Below are positions 1 to 19,676 of a DNA stretch of 64,000 bases, one piece after another (within the stretch, counting starts at the first letter, position 1; each line of letters opens with the position of its first letter). The DNA comes from Amoebidium appalachense (lineage: Eukaryota; Protista; Ichthyosporea), in the NCBI GenBank assembly GCA_963693365.1, contig CAVNZM010000009.1, positions 264,463 to 328,462 of the forward strand, written 5' to 3'. The position numbers and the translations under genes are program-made. Under the pieces are notes generated by a model. It was not told the DNA's origin and did no database searches. It was given only the letters and a program-made list of their open reading frames with translations.

Positions 1-334
1 GTTGGGATGGGGGGGAGGGAGCAGAAGGGGGGGGGGGGGGGGGACAAGGAATCACATCCACTAGTACGTGACTAATTGTCGATCTGTGTCATTTTTTTCC
101 CTCTCGTGAATTGCAGTGAGCTCGTTGGATAATCGACATGGATTGGGGTTGGCGGGGGGCAGTGCTGGGGCAAAGGAATTAAAAAAGATATTTTGGTGAT
201 AGTGGTTGTTGGGGAGGGGAGGGTGGGGGGGGAGGGGGGAGAAGGGTAGGGGGGGGGGGGGGATGAGCCACTTTGCACGGTCACACTGCCAAATCCTTCC
301 TTTTACTGGTTAAGGTGTTGACACGTGCTCGCAG

Positions 335-3865
<3,531 letters not shown>

Positions 3866-4048
3866 CCCGAAATTATGGTTCATCGGGCGGCAGGAAACAG
3901 ATTTACACGTGTACATGCAGAAGGGAGAACGGCAGTATTTTCGAAAATGATTTTGGACACTGTGGTGTATATTTGCAGGCATGTTGGAGTGCCTTTTCCC
4001 TCTTCTTCTTCTTCTTCTTCTTCTTCTTCTTCTTTTTTTTTTTTTTTT

Positions 4049-4098
<50 letters not shown>

Positions 4099-4396
4099 AT
4101 GGTGATTGGGGGGCTTCCAGATTCTATGAATTGGATTTGATTAGGCAATGCACGTAGGATATGATGCAAATAGTTTGAAAATCGTGAATGGTGGTGAGAT
4201 TTGGTACAAGAAAATATGTCCACAAAGGCCCTGGTTTTGGGCATGTACATATGTTTGCACCAATGCTGTGAAGGTGCGCAGGTTTAAAGGACTGCAACTG
4301 AATAACAATGTGATGTACAGTTTCTTATGGCCCCATACCAAATGATCCGTACGTGTTTTCTGGCGTGCCAAACAACCCAACCCCGGCTTGCAATAA

Positions 4397-4531
<135 letters not shown>

Positions 4532-5717
4532 TACACACACACACACACACACACAAACATACACACACACACACACACCACATTACCCCCTCCCCCCCCC
4601 CCCCCCCCTCCCCCCCCCCCCCCCCCCTTCCCCCTCCCTTCTCCTGACCCCCTCCCCCTACGTATACTCCCCCACCCTCCCCTTTCACCCTCTCCTCACT
4701 ATTGTTTTCCCCTTCACACCTCCACCCAGCATGCCCGCTGCCCCATATTGTTATCTGTGTTGCTGCTTGCATGTTTAGTACTATGTAAAGGATGCTGCCG
4801 TATGTGGCTAGTGCTGGGCCCTTAGTGCTTTGTGCATGCAATGAGTGTTAAGATACCGTCTGCAAAGACACAATATACAGAATTGGCACACTTCTCCGAC
4901 CCCCCCCCCCCCCTCCCCCCCCATTTTTTTTTCCGGGAGAGAAGGGAGGGAGAAGGGTGCACGTGGGGGGGAAGTTCTTTGTCCGAGCCCACCGTACTAT
5001 GTATGAAAACACTTCACAACACACATGGATCTAGGAAAGGGGCCGCAAAGTGACCCACAAATTCAACAGTTTAGCCCTGCATACATCTGTACGTGTGCAT
5101 GTATGTGGGCACTATGTTTGTAGGCATGCTCGTGTGAGCCATGTGTGTGGTAGTTTGTGCAAGTGTGCAACCTGTTGTGTGAGATATGCTGTCTCAGGTG
5201 TTAGAACTTGTGCCTGTCATACCCACGGGGCCCATGGTGATTAGTAAGCTAGTTAAGGGCTTGTGTGGGCGTCACCAATCCTGGTTCACTGATAAGTACG
5301 CCCTCACAGAAGGCCGAAGATGCATTCAAAGGTGTGTCCAGGCTTCCAGAGCTGGATTTTGCTTTCAAGATAGGAGCTAATACTAACACGGGGTGTGTAC
5401 AAATACAGGCCTACTTGTGTGGGTTGCTTTAACAATAAAAATCGGCCTTGCGCAAGGGGCTCAGTGACCACTAAACAAAAGCCTCTTAAAGGAGCATGCT
5501 TATGATGTTTATGCATGCCAATCCCTTGTGTGACCAAATGGGTCATTATGCAGTGTGTGTGAACTTGACGTGTGTTCCTGTTACAAATTACAAAGAGTGC
5601 ATGGGGAGCATTCGACCATGAGTTCGTACTGAGATTCGAAATGAAAGAAAAAACAAGTGACAAATACATACATGAATGAAATAAATAGAAAAAATGTTAT
5701 GTTCAATTTCATACGGG

Positions 5718-5819
5718 TCAAAGGGAGAGCCAGCTGGAAGCTTGTGCAGCCTTCAGCAGGGCTTGGAAGATGTCGCTCTTGATGAACCGCGGATAGCTGT
5801 CCTTGTTCATCAGCTGGGT

Positions 5820-5865
<46 letters not shown>

Positions 5866-6046
5866 GGAAAGGGGAGGGTTTGGTTAATGAAGTGGGGGGG
5901 GGGGGGGGGAGGGGGGAGAAATAGAGACACGATCATTAGAATATATGGCTGTGGGCCATGAATCATTCAAGATTGTTGTCAATTGTGCTTGGACACCCGA
6001 GGGGGAGGGGGGGGGGGGGAGGAAAGGGGAGGGTTTGGTTAATGAA

Positions 6047-6120
<74 letters not shown>

Positions 6121-6501
6121 AATAGAGACACGATCATTAGAATATATGGCTGTGGGCCATGAATCATTCAAGATTGTTGTCAATTGTGCTTGGACACCCG
6201 AGGGGGAGGGGGGGGGGGGGGGGGTTAGAGAGGTACTAAAAAGATGGGGGGAAGAGCGAGCGGTTAGTGTGTGCGTGCGTGTGCGTGTGTGCGTCTGCGT
6301 GTGTGCTCGTGTGTGTGTGCGTGTGTGTGTGCGTGTGTATGTGCAGGCGTACACGCCCGTGTGCGCTGGAACCCAATCTTGTGTGCTTATGGGTTCAGGT
6401 GAGGTTACAACTTGTAGCTCAGGGGCACGTGAATTGGTTTGTCTAAATTTGTGGCCGAGCCATTGTGTGTGTGGCACGTACGGGAGGAGTTAGGTGGATG
6501 G

Positions 6502-6579
<78 letters not shown>

Positions 6580-8310
6580 AGTGGGTGTAGTGCATACATA
6601 CCTCGAAGATAGCAGCCTGAGCGGGGTCGAAGATATTTGGGTGCAGCTGCTGGTCCAGAATCTGCCGGCAGATGGAATTTCGCACATCCGCTGGGATGTT
6701 GATCTGGGGGGGTCCATGGCATCATGGATGTAAGCACATGGCTCATGGGGTAGATTCATGTGATAGTGTGGTGGTGGCCTGCATGGGCTAAGAGAGGCCT
6801 AGCAGGGCTGGGCGGGATGCGAAGAGAGATGGGGGCTAGGTGAAATCGATCCTACCGAGCTAACAGTGATGCTACCAGGTAATAATGGCGTGCTTTGCAT
6901 GGAGGACGCCAGACTCGGAAACCAGGGAGAAAAGAGAGAAGACACAGGGGGTTGGGCCGGGGAGGGAGGGAAGGGAGGGGGTGGGGCGGGGGCGGGGGGG
7001 GGGGATAGATCCAAAAACACGCTGCAAAAAGTACTCTAAAGCCGATAACATACACATGAACTCTACCTCGTGGGGTGCTGTTGGGTGCAGATATGCCACG
7101 TAGATGGCCCTGATGGCCTGCTTGAGCTCCCGCCCCTCCGCCCGAGACACCCGCAGATCCTCGCATGCTGCATGGGGTCTTCAGTATGTGCATACGTAGC
7201 CTTACCCCAACACTACCCCTTCCCCCTCTCCCCGCCCCTCAAAAGCACTCACCTGCATACCAGAACCCTCCCCCCCCCCCCCCTGTCCCCCTGCCCCCCC
7301 CCCCCCCCCTCCCCCCCCTCCCCCCCCCCTTCCCTTGCCAAGAATTAACCCAAGTCCTCTCCCCACCTTTGACTTTCTACAACCCTTCCCCTCCTCCAGA
7401 CCAGACCTCAATCCCCCCCCCCCCCCCTCCTCTCTATGAGACATTCCTCGTCATCCTTTTGCCTACCCTTGTGCCCACTTCTATCACCTCAGCTCTCACG
7501 CATTCAGCACCCCTTTCCCCTCTCCCTGACCGGCATCGCACCCCCTTGCCCTGTGCCTTTCCATGCAACTACCCACATAATCAACCGCCTACCCTTCCAG
7601 AAGTCCAGGTTCTCTCTGCTGTACTCGGAGCTCAGAAACTCCCCGTACAGCCTACTGCCCTCCTCACACTCCTGCAAGCACAGTGTCAGCTCAATGTGCC
7701 TGCTTGCTCCGTCTGGCTCTTCCTGGCTCCTTGTGTCTCCGACGTTTGTAACATGCCATCTCCCCACATCCCCTCGCACCCCACACTCCCCACAACCCCG
7801 GTACAACACCCTGCATATGTCTGTGTGTCTGGCCATCCCCTCTGTGTAAGGGCACATATTCGTGTGTGTGTGTGTGTATGCATACGTATGTGGCGTACCA
7901 TGAGGGCTGTAAGGGATGCGGCCCACAGCAGGGCCTTGTGCGTTTCGGGCCGTGCCAGCTGCTCCTGTAGTGCCTGCACCTGCATGGCAAGCTGGGCAGT
8001 ATGTCAGCACATGTGTCCACATACATAACAACAACTGCAAAAATATATTGATACATGGCAATGTGTCAAGTCCCATGGTGCATGCCTTACTGCACCCCAT
8101 ATTCACCCCCATCAACACAGCTTCCACTGCAGACAATGCAAATGTGTGCAGGAGATAGGGTAACAACTTGTTCGTGTTTGCATTATGACCCCGTGTGGGT
8201 TAACACCAATTCGATTTTCCAGCGGTATTAATTCTGGTGATGGGGAGTCACAAGGTGGGGTACAGAACGAATGACAAAACCACAACGGGCAGACGGGCAA
8301 GCCTTTTGTT

Positions 8311-8376
<66 letters not shown>

Positions 8377-8769
8377 GGGGGGAGAGGGGGGTTGGGTTGG
8401 GCCATTACTAAATTAAACTTCAAGCCGGGAGCGGGGGGAGGGGGGGGGGAGGGGGGGGAGACAAACCTTTTCCCTGTCCGGGGGAGGGCGGTGGTACCAC
8501 CAGTAGCCCTTCTCCTGGTGGTCATAGATGATGCGGTAGTCGCTGCTGTGTGTCTTTTGCAGTTTCTGGAGGGGAAAGATGGGTTAATATTAACCATATA
8601 AGGGCCAGGCAAAGTGCACATAGAAGGTACACCGCCTGCAACCAAAGTTGTTTAATTTCAAATTTTGAAGGCCCAGGTTGTGTGAGGAAATATATGCTTG
8701 TTGGGGTCGGGTGATGGTAGTGAAAATTTTAAATCGGACTAGAAGGTGTGTACTTTTGTGCGCTTTGGG

Positions 8770-8814
<45 letters not shown>

Positions 8815-8872
8815 TGTTGTGTGCGTGTGTGTGTGTGTGTGTGTCTGTGTGTGTGTGTCTGTGTGTGTGTGT

Positions 8873-8949
<77 letters not shown>

Positions 8950-9330
8950 GGGGGGGGGGTTGCGTGTGAGTGTGAGTGCACTGGTGCTTGAGTGTGTGTG
9001 CGTACGTGCACTCTGCGCGTGCATGTGCCACAGGAAGCTTGTGCACGGGTGCATGCCCATGCACTTACCAGCTGCTCGTTTGCCTGTGCCGTGATGAAGT
9101 CCCACCGCCTGCCCAGTGCCTGTTGCAGCCTCAGGAAGGCGCCTGCCTCGTAGTCCTTCATGGCCACCTTGCGCAGCACCAGCCGATACAGGTAGTTCGC
9201 ATGCTCACTGTCGGTCCCACTGCGCCTACACACACAACAGTCAATCAATGCCCTTATCCTATACTGCTATCCCCCCCCCCCCCACTTCCCCCCCCCCCCC
9301 CCCCCCCTTTTTTCCTTTTTTTTTTTTTTT

Positions 9331-9361
<31 letters not shown>

Positions 9362-9412
9362 GGAGCAAAAAAGAAACAGAAAAGGGAGGAAATCTATGCC
9401 CGCTCTTCCACT

Positions 9413-9448
<36 letters not shown>

Positions 9449-9712
9449 GCCTTCATTCTGTACAAAGCGCATTTTCTCTGCGAGTGTAAATGATGAATGT
9501 GTAATGGGGGAGGCATGTTCGTAAGGGTGGGCCATCGTTACAAATAATCAGGCTCTCTCTACCCCATATTGTCTTCATAATACACGACACACAGGCAGAG
9601 ACATGGATGGCTAGCCCAAGCAAAAACCCATACGCATAGCATTCATAGCATAAGCATGAAGCATCGGAGTGTTTCATGTGTGTATACGGTGTGTGTTGTG
9701 TGTGCGTGTGTC

Positions 9713-9777
<65 letters not shown>

Positions 9778-10147
9778 GTCTGTGAGCACGTACGGGGTGC
9801 TCGGCCAGAAGAATGGGGTCTGTAGGCGCAGGTAGAAGTGGGGGGCATCGCTGATCAGCTGGTACTCCAGGGGCAGCAGGTAGCCGGCCAGAAACATCTG
9901 CACCACACGTGCGCCACATCAGCACATGCGCTGTTGGCTTCTGCTGCTACCATACAGATTCACTCCCCAACATCTACCTCCCCCTCTCCCCGTTCCCCGT
10001 TCCCCTCCCCACCCTAAAACCTCCCCCCCCCCCCCCTCCCCAACCCCCCTCCCCGCTTCCCATTTACAATTGATGTGTTGCCTCCCCAATCTGCAAACTC
10101 CCCATCCCCACACCCCTCTACACACACACCAGGCACGTCAAAACACA

Positions 10148-10216
<69 letters not shown>

Positions 10217-10244
10217 ACGCACACACACGCACGCACGCACGCAC

Positions 10245-10304
<60 letters not shown>

Positions 10305-10914
10305 CACGCCAAAACCACGTGGCCTTCACGAGGATAACTCAGCGAATTAATGGAAAGCAATAAATCGCAATATCTCATCAGTAGTGCAGCATGAGTGAGG
10401 CAAGTCTTTTCCAGCCCACTGCCAGTACCTTGTTTGCAAACAGTAGCGCCTCATCTCTGCTGTTGAACCTCAGCTTGGCAAGGAGCCAATTAACTACATC
10501 CGATCCCTGCACAGACATCCAGTTAGATTTAACACACCTGCTTGGCGGCTTCCAAATAAAACCTTGACCATTACAGACCTCCTTGATCGTGTAGGGGCAT
10601 GCTATGTGTCCTACTAATGTGTGTGATACAGACACATATGCATGTGTGTTTGAATAAACGAGTATGGCGCGTCTGTAGCGTGCGGTATCGAGGTGTGAAA
10701 TGCAGGCAGCGATATAACAATCGGTGTCGATGATGCAAGTGTGCGCGTGTGTGTTTTGTGACTGGTAGGTGTGCTTTTGTGACTGTGTGTGTTGATATTT
10801 GCATGCCCGAGCGCACACACACAAACGCCCCGCATACGCGTACACATGTGCAAGGAATAGGCATGTGCCACGTGGATCCTCGGAGCATGAGCACACAATG
10901 TTCGCTTGTGGTGT

Positions 10915-10958
<44 letters not shown>

Positions 10959-10967
10959 GTGTGCGTG

Positions 10968-11014
<47 letters not shown>

Positions 11015-11206
11015 ATGTGCGCGCGTGTGTGTGTGTTCCTTGTTGTGTCTGTGTGTGTGTCTCTCTGTGTGTGCATGCTTGTGTGTGTATGTATGTGTGT
11101 GTGTGTGTGTGTATGTGTGCGGGCGTCATGACGTGTGTGTGTGTGTGTGTGTGTGCGTGTGCGTGTATGCGTGTGTGCGTGTGCGTGTGTGTGTGTGTGT
11201 GTGCGC

Positions 11207-11257
<51 letters not shown>

Positions 11258-11853
11258 GCACGAGCAGTCATGTGTGTGTGATGTATCGATGACAATTGGG
11301 TGAACTTTAGTCATGGGCTGAGTTTTGCAGGTTCCTCAAGTTGGCAGACAAAAAATTAAGGTTTTGAAAGCCCAAAAAATTCCCGCTGATTGTAACTTGC
11401 CCTGCCATTCTCTCCCTCATAGCACTTCTGAGTCGATTTTGTGCAATAACAGCAGTGTTACAAGCAGACTAATAAACGAATCAACAAAAGGTGACATCAG
11501 TCACCATAGGATATACAGCAGGTTATTGCACAGAACAAAGGTTGAAACGCATAAACAGAGAAGCAAAGACTCACCGTCACTGTTGATGGGTGTGATTTTA
11601 ACACGTAACTCCTGTCTTTCACCGGAACTCCCTTTTCTGGATCCTCCATAGCTTCCATAATCCGCTCATATGCTGCATTCTTTTTGTCACTTTCCCTACT
11701 GAGTTTAATGTCACTCAAGCCACTCTTTATGGATGCAATGTCTGATGTGTTGTCCAAGTTATTAAAGAGCTGTGGTGCCTGCAACTCTACAGGTATCCCG
11801 AGAGACTGCACCACGGAAAGTGACGCCTTTCTCGCAGAAGGCACATCCCTCAT
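5718..11853 (-). CDS. R7-like regulator of G-protein signalling (DEP-DHEX-RGS)
   Basis: Exons on - strand: 11853-11575, 10506-10429, 9897-~9793, ~9225-9069, 8565-8467, ~7976-7899, 7671-7593, ~7167-7067, 6703-6602, 5813-5718. DEP: [42 protein letters not shown]: [41 protein letters not shown]: [57 protein letters not shown]. These match RGS6/7/9/11 motifs. Confidence 0.9.
5861..6210. repeat. Tandem duplication of about 150 bp in the last RGS intron
   Basis: GGAAAGGGGAGGGTTTGGTTAATGAAG-polyG-GAAATAGAGACACGATCATTAG...GGACACCCGAGGGGGAG occurs twice, identical apart from the G tracts. Confidence 0.9.
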
Positions 11854-12099
11854 GTTTGCTCCCCAGCGAATCCAAGCTCTGACAGATAAATCCCAGCCTT
11901 CTGCCCATTACACTGCACACAACCCCGCCTATTTGAATATAAGTGAAAGCTATAATTTTTTCTGTTGTCGGGAACGCTCGGATTTTTTTACGGCTACTGT
12001 GACGTTCATGACAGTGAACTGCGGGAGGCGACGTGCCCGTGACTGGGGGACAAAACGAAGGCCAGGTTGAACCCGACACACAGGAAAGGTTGCTGCCGG

Positions 12100-12550
12100 C
12101 TTCTGATTGGCTCAATATGTTGGTGTGCAGTGATTGGCTGTAACTAAATCTCAGCAGGCGTGATTTGTGATTGGGTGAAAAGTCACCAAGTAGAGGTACC
12201 CAAGAGAACTATGATAGGTGCCTAATATGAAGCAGTAAGTAGCTAAAAACAGCTCTATTATACTTTTCGTGATAGCTATGCCCAAAAAATTTGATTTTAA
12301 ATCCTTTATAGTTCTTATAATGCATACTTGACCCACTGGACACGAGTATCGGATCAATGACGTTGACGGTTTGACGTCATAGACTTATGACGAATGAGTA
12401 AATATCACACAGCTAAAGCGCCGATCTTCAATAGAAGAAATCGTCTAAACTCTTTGATTGGTCATATTGAAGCTGCAGGTGTCTGATTGGTTACTGCGAT
12501 CTGCTCATGGCTCATTCCAAATTTTTTGAGCTGCTGTGACAGTCGGAAGT
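12100..12550. promoter_or_regulatory. Putative bidirectional promoter between the RGS and TMEM120 genes
   Basis: Head-to-head genes (ATG 11853 on -, ATG 12771 on +). The spacer lacks microsatellites and has five TGATTGG (reverse CCAAT) boxes near 12104, 12132, 12168, 12455 and 12484, TGACGTCA at 12372-12379 and CGGAAGT near 12544. Confidence 0.6.
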
Positions 12551-12770
12551 TGTTTCTGACTTTGTACTGCACGTGTTTGTTTGTCGCTTGTTTGTTTCGT
12601 TTTCTGGGTTATGTTGTAGAAGGAAAAAAATCTTGTGCTAATAGGGCCTGAACGCTCTACCTTCACTGTTGAGGATTTAGTCGTTTTTTTTTCCCGCTTA
12701 TTGGCTTGAAAGGTTGGGTTGATTTATAGTGACTTTCGCTTCCTGAGGATCTTCAGCAACACAATAGAAA

Positions 12771-16365
<3,595 letters not shown>

Positions 16366-16842
16366 GTGTTTTCCTGCTTGTGTTGTGCAAAAAACCGTTT
16401 TTGTACAGCGGGCTGCTACTTATTGTAGTGTTGTAAAGGGGGGTGTGGGTTTGTTAATGGGGTGAATGTGTTCAGATAGTGCGGCAGGATTTAGGACCCG
16501 AACCTAGCAAAATCATATTGAATAACATATCAAAATTAAACAGTCAGGCGTGTAGGCAACTTTTTTTAGCAGCAATTGATGATATCTCTGTTATGTTTTT
16601 CAAGTGACACCTTTTCTTGTGTGGCTTTTCTGTAGCTTAGACTGCTTAGACGGATTTTCCAGCCATTGGGCCTTTGAAAAGAATTATGGTTTTGCTCCGC
16701 TGTGCGTTGCTGATAAAAGCCTTACAAAACATAATTTTTTTTGACCACATTGCCACCATCCCTCCCTCCCCCCCCCCGCCCCCGCCCCCACCCCCTTCCC
16801 CACCCCCTCTCGACCTCCACCCATCATCTTCTTCCTTTATTC

Positions 16843-16883
<41 letters not shown>

Positions 16884-19161
16884 CTTGCCCGCAAGCCGGC
16901 CGGGCCAGCCTTAAAATACCCGATGGCATACATGTAAGATCTCTAAGCAGAGACGACCCTCCTGTGCACCTCCCCCACCCCAATCCCCACCCACATACCT
17001 ACCAAACCACCCACCCACCCCTCCTCTGAGGCAATCCCACCCCTTCTACATGTGTGGAGCCACATTTCAAACCATAACATACCGCACACAGTCTGTAAAG
17101 CACGTGTGTGTGTACCATGCTGTACATGCACGTGTGTGTGCACACCCCTACACAAACCCACGTGCACTGCACACACCGGACTACAAGCCTGCACACATGA
17201 CACAAAACTGAGCACATGCATGCCACACACAAAGCACGCACGGGCCGCCCATTTCACACACAGAACATCACTTGCGCACGCGTACACAAGCATCATCGCG
17301 GCGCATAACGTACTATTACCAGAGATCTCGAGGGATTGACTGTGGTGCACGCATGCGTGTACGTATGTAGGCGCCGTTGCCCATTTTCATGGTGTTTGAG
17401 CTCACTATGTGTGCGCGCCCGTAGGTAGGCTGCTGGGCCCTGCATTGACCATGTCTAGGCCCATGGCCAGTGGTCATGTCCGCCATCCGACTAGGGGCCG
17501 GCCGGCCGCGGCAGTTAGTTTGCCACGCATAGCCACACGAGTGATGATGATCGTTCGACCGTTCACTCATAATTGGGTTACATAAGGGGTAAATTGATAA
17601 ATTGTACTGTATATGTAAGCTCTTTTTTCTCTCCTTGTCCGCTCATCACGTGCATCCGAGACGCACGTGAAGACGCACGCACGCACGCGTGCGCCCTGGT
17701 GACTGAGGTGCACGGCACCACCGTTCCATCAGGTCATCACCCACCATCGGGCACATTCCACACCTTCCTAATATGGCTGTCCGGCTCAAGGGTTTGATTT
17801 TCCTACATGCTCATTGGTGGCGACAGATCGGATCGCCATTAACGATGCTCAACGGATCGGAATAACGGCCACACGGCGCCGCCGTTTATCTTTCGCTGCA
17901 AGTCCGTCCGTTGGAAAATAGCTCGTGCACACCGAACATGAGCAAATGAGCCTGGTGATACGGTGAAGCGGTTTGATTAGTTGATTAGGAGCAGGGCACT
18001 ACAAACAGTTGAAGGTTTTGGCAAACCCCACGGTTGCGCTGTGCACCTTTTGACACTCTTGTAGAGATACGTTCAGTTGTGGCTACGTGAATACTCGCTT
18101 GGATGCTCTTATTTTACGTTTTCTTTAGATGCATGCTCGTATACGTAACCTCAGCTACAGATTGACCTGGGGGATGGAAATTAGATTTTGCGAGAAACAC
18201 GTGTACTTCCAGAACGAGAGTACATGAGCAGAACTAGTGTCGGAGTACAGGACTAGCAACGACTAGCTAAGGGACTAACAAAAGGATTTAGTGAAACTTG
18301 ATGTCTTGACACAAACACCAAGGAAACGAGGAGACACCAACAACTAGCTGAGATAAGGTAGGCAACTAGGCACTCCAAAACCACTGTTGCCGACAAAATA
18401 TTAGACGTGTTCAAAAATCGTGGTACTTGCTGGTGTGCTTGTACCTTGGAGAGAGCTGTTCATATCAATTTCTGTTTTCTTATCTCAGCTGATGTGCGGT
18501 GTTGAGTTCGCTTTGGGAACTTTGTCGCCTATCGCCTGTTGAATTGCAGCTGCCTCTTCGTGCGTACCCTGTTTTCCTTTTGTGCATGTGTGCATGCGTT
18601 TGGTTGGCTCGTGCTGTGTGTGTGGCTGTTTTGGGGGAGGGGGGAGGGAGCAAAAGGAGTGGACGGTGTTTATGTGTGCGCGCACGTGCGTACGTGCGCG
18701 GTGCGCGTGTGTGCGTTCTATCAGCGAACATACATTCTTGGTGTTTATCTCAACGTGATTTGAACGTGGAATCCTGTGTACCTGTGCCTGTATCTATGTG
18801 CCCTAGTGCTTAATCAGGGGGTTGAGTGGGTATATGTGTACGTTTCTTATGTTTAAATGGTTGTGTGCAAGCGCTTTTGTAGCTGCCCCTTCATTTCTAG
18901 ACGTGTGTGTCTGGTTGCTGTGGCCGTGTTTGTGTGCCCTACGTGTGGTTATGGGTGTAAGTATGGTGCGTGGGGTATCGTTGCACTTTGGTCAGCATGT
19001 TGGCTCTTGCACGTTGGCACCGTGTGCTGGTATGCTTTGCTTACTTCCTCCGTGCCTCATGTGATGCTGAGACACGCGCGTGTGTACAAGACGTTATGTT
19101 AGCTCCCACAACCATTGCAACACTTGCTCACACTTGCTCGCACGCTCACTCGCACCAACCA

Positions 19162-19211
<50 letters not shown>

Positions 19212-19613
19212 CACGGTGTTATGCATTACACACACGGCAAGAGCGTCACCCACGTATACAACCGGCAGCTTTTATTGAAAGCATTTTGAGCCCATGTATT
19301 CTACCTGTATACGTATAACGTTTACAAATATACACACGCACGCACGCACACCTACACGAACACACACACCTACATGTGCGTGCACGCACACACGCACGCC
19401 CGCACGCATGCTTCTACACACACTTCTCATCCACGCACACGAACACATTCCGCTTCTATGCACACATACACACCAATGCACATGCAAATACACAGACACA
19501 CACACACTCCCCCCCCCCCCCCCCCCCCCCCCTTCTTCTACACCTTTACACACTTCGACACTCACACACCTTACCCACGCACTCACTCACGTACACACAC
19601 ATATACCATGCCC

Positions 19614-19644
<31 letters not shown>

Positions 19645-19676
19645 AGGTGCACTGGCATGAGGCCAGCCTACGTGTC

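Noticed and set aside
10378-11303. Long HT/CV/PP/GG-rich ORFs here and throughout the ORF track
   Set aside because: They are translations of intronic microsatellites and homopolymers that lack stop codons.
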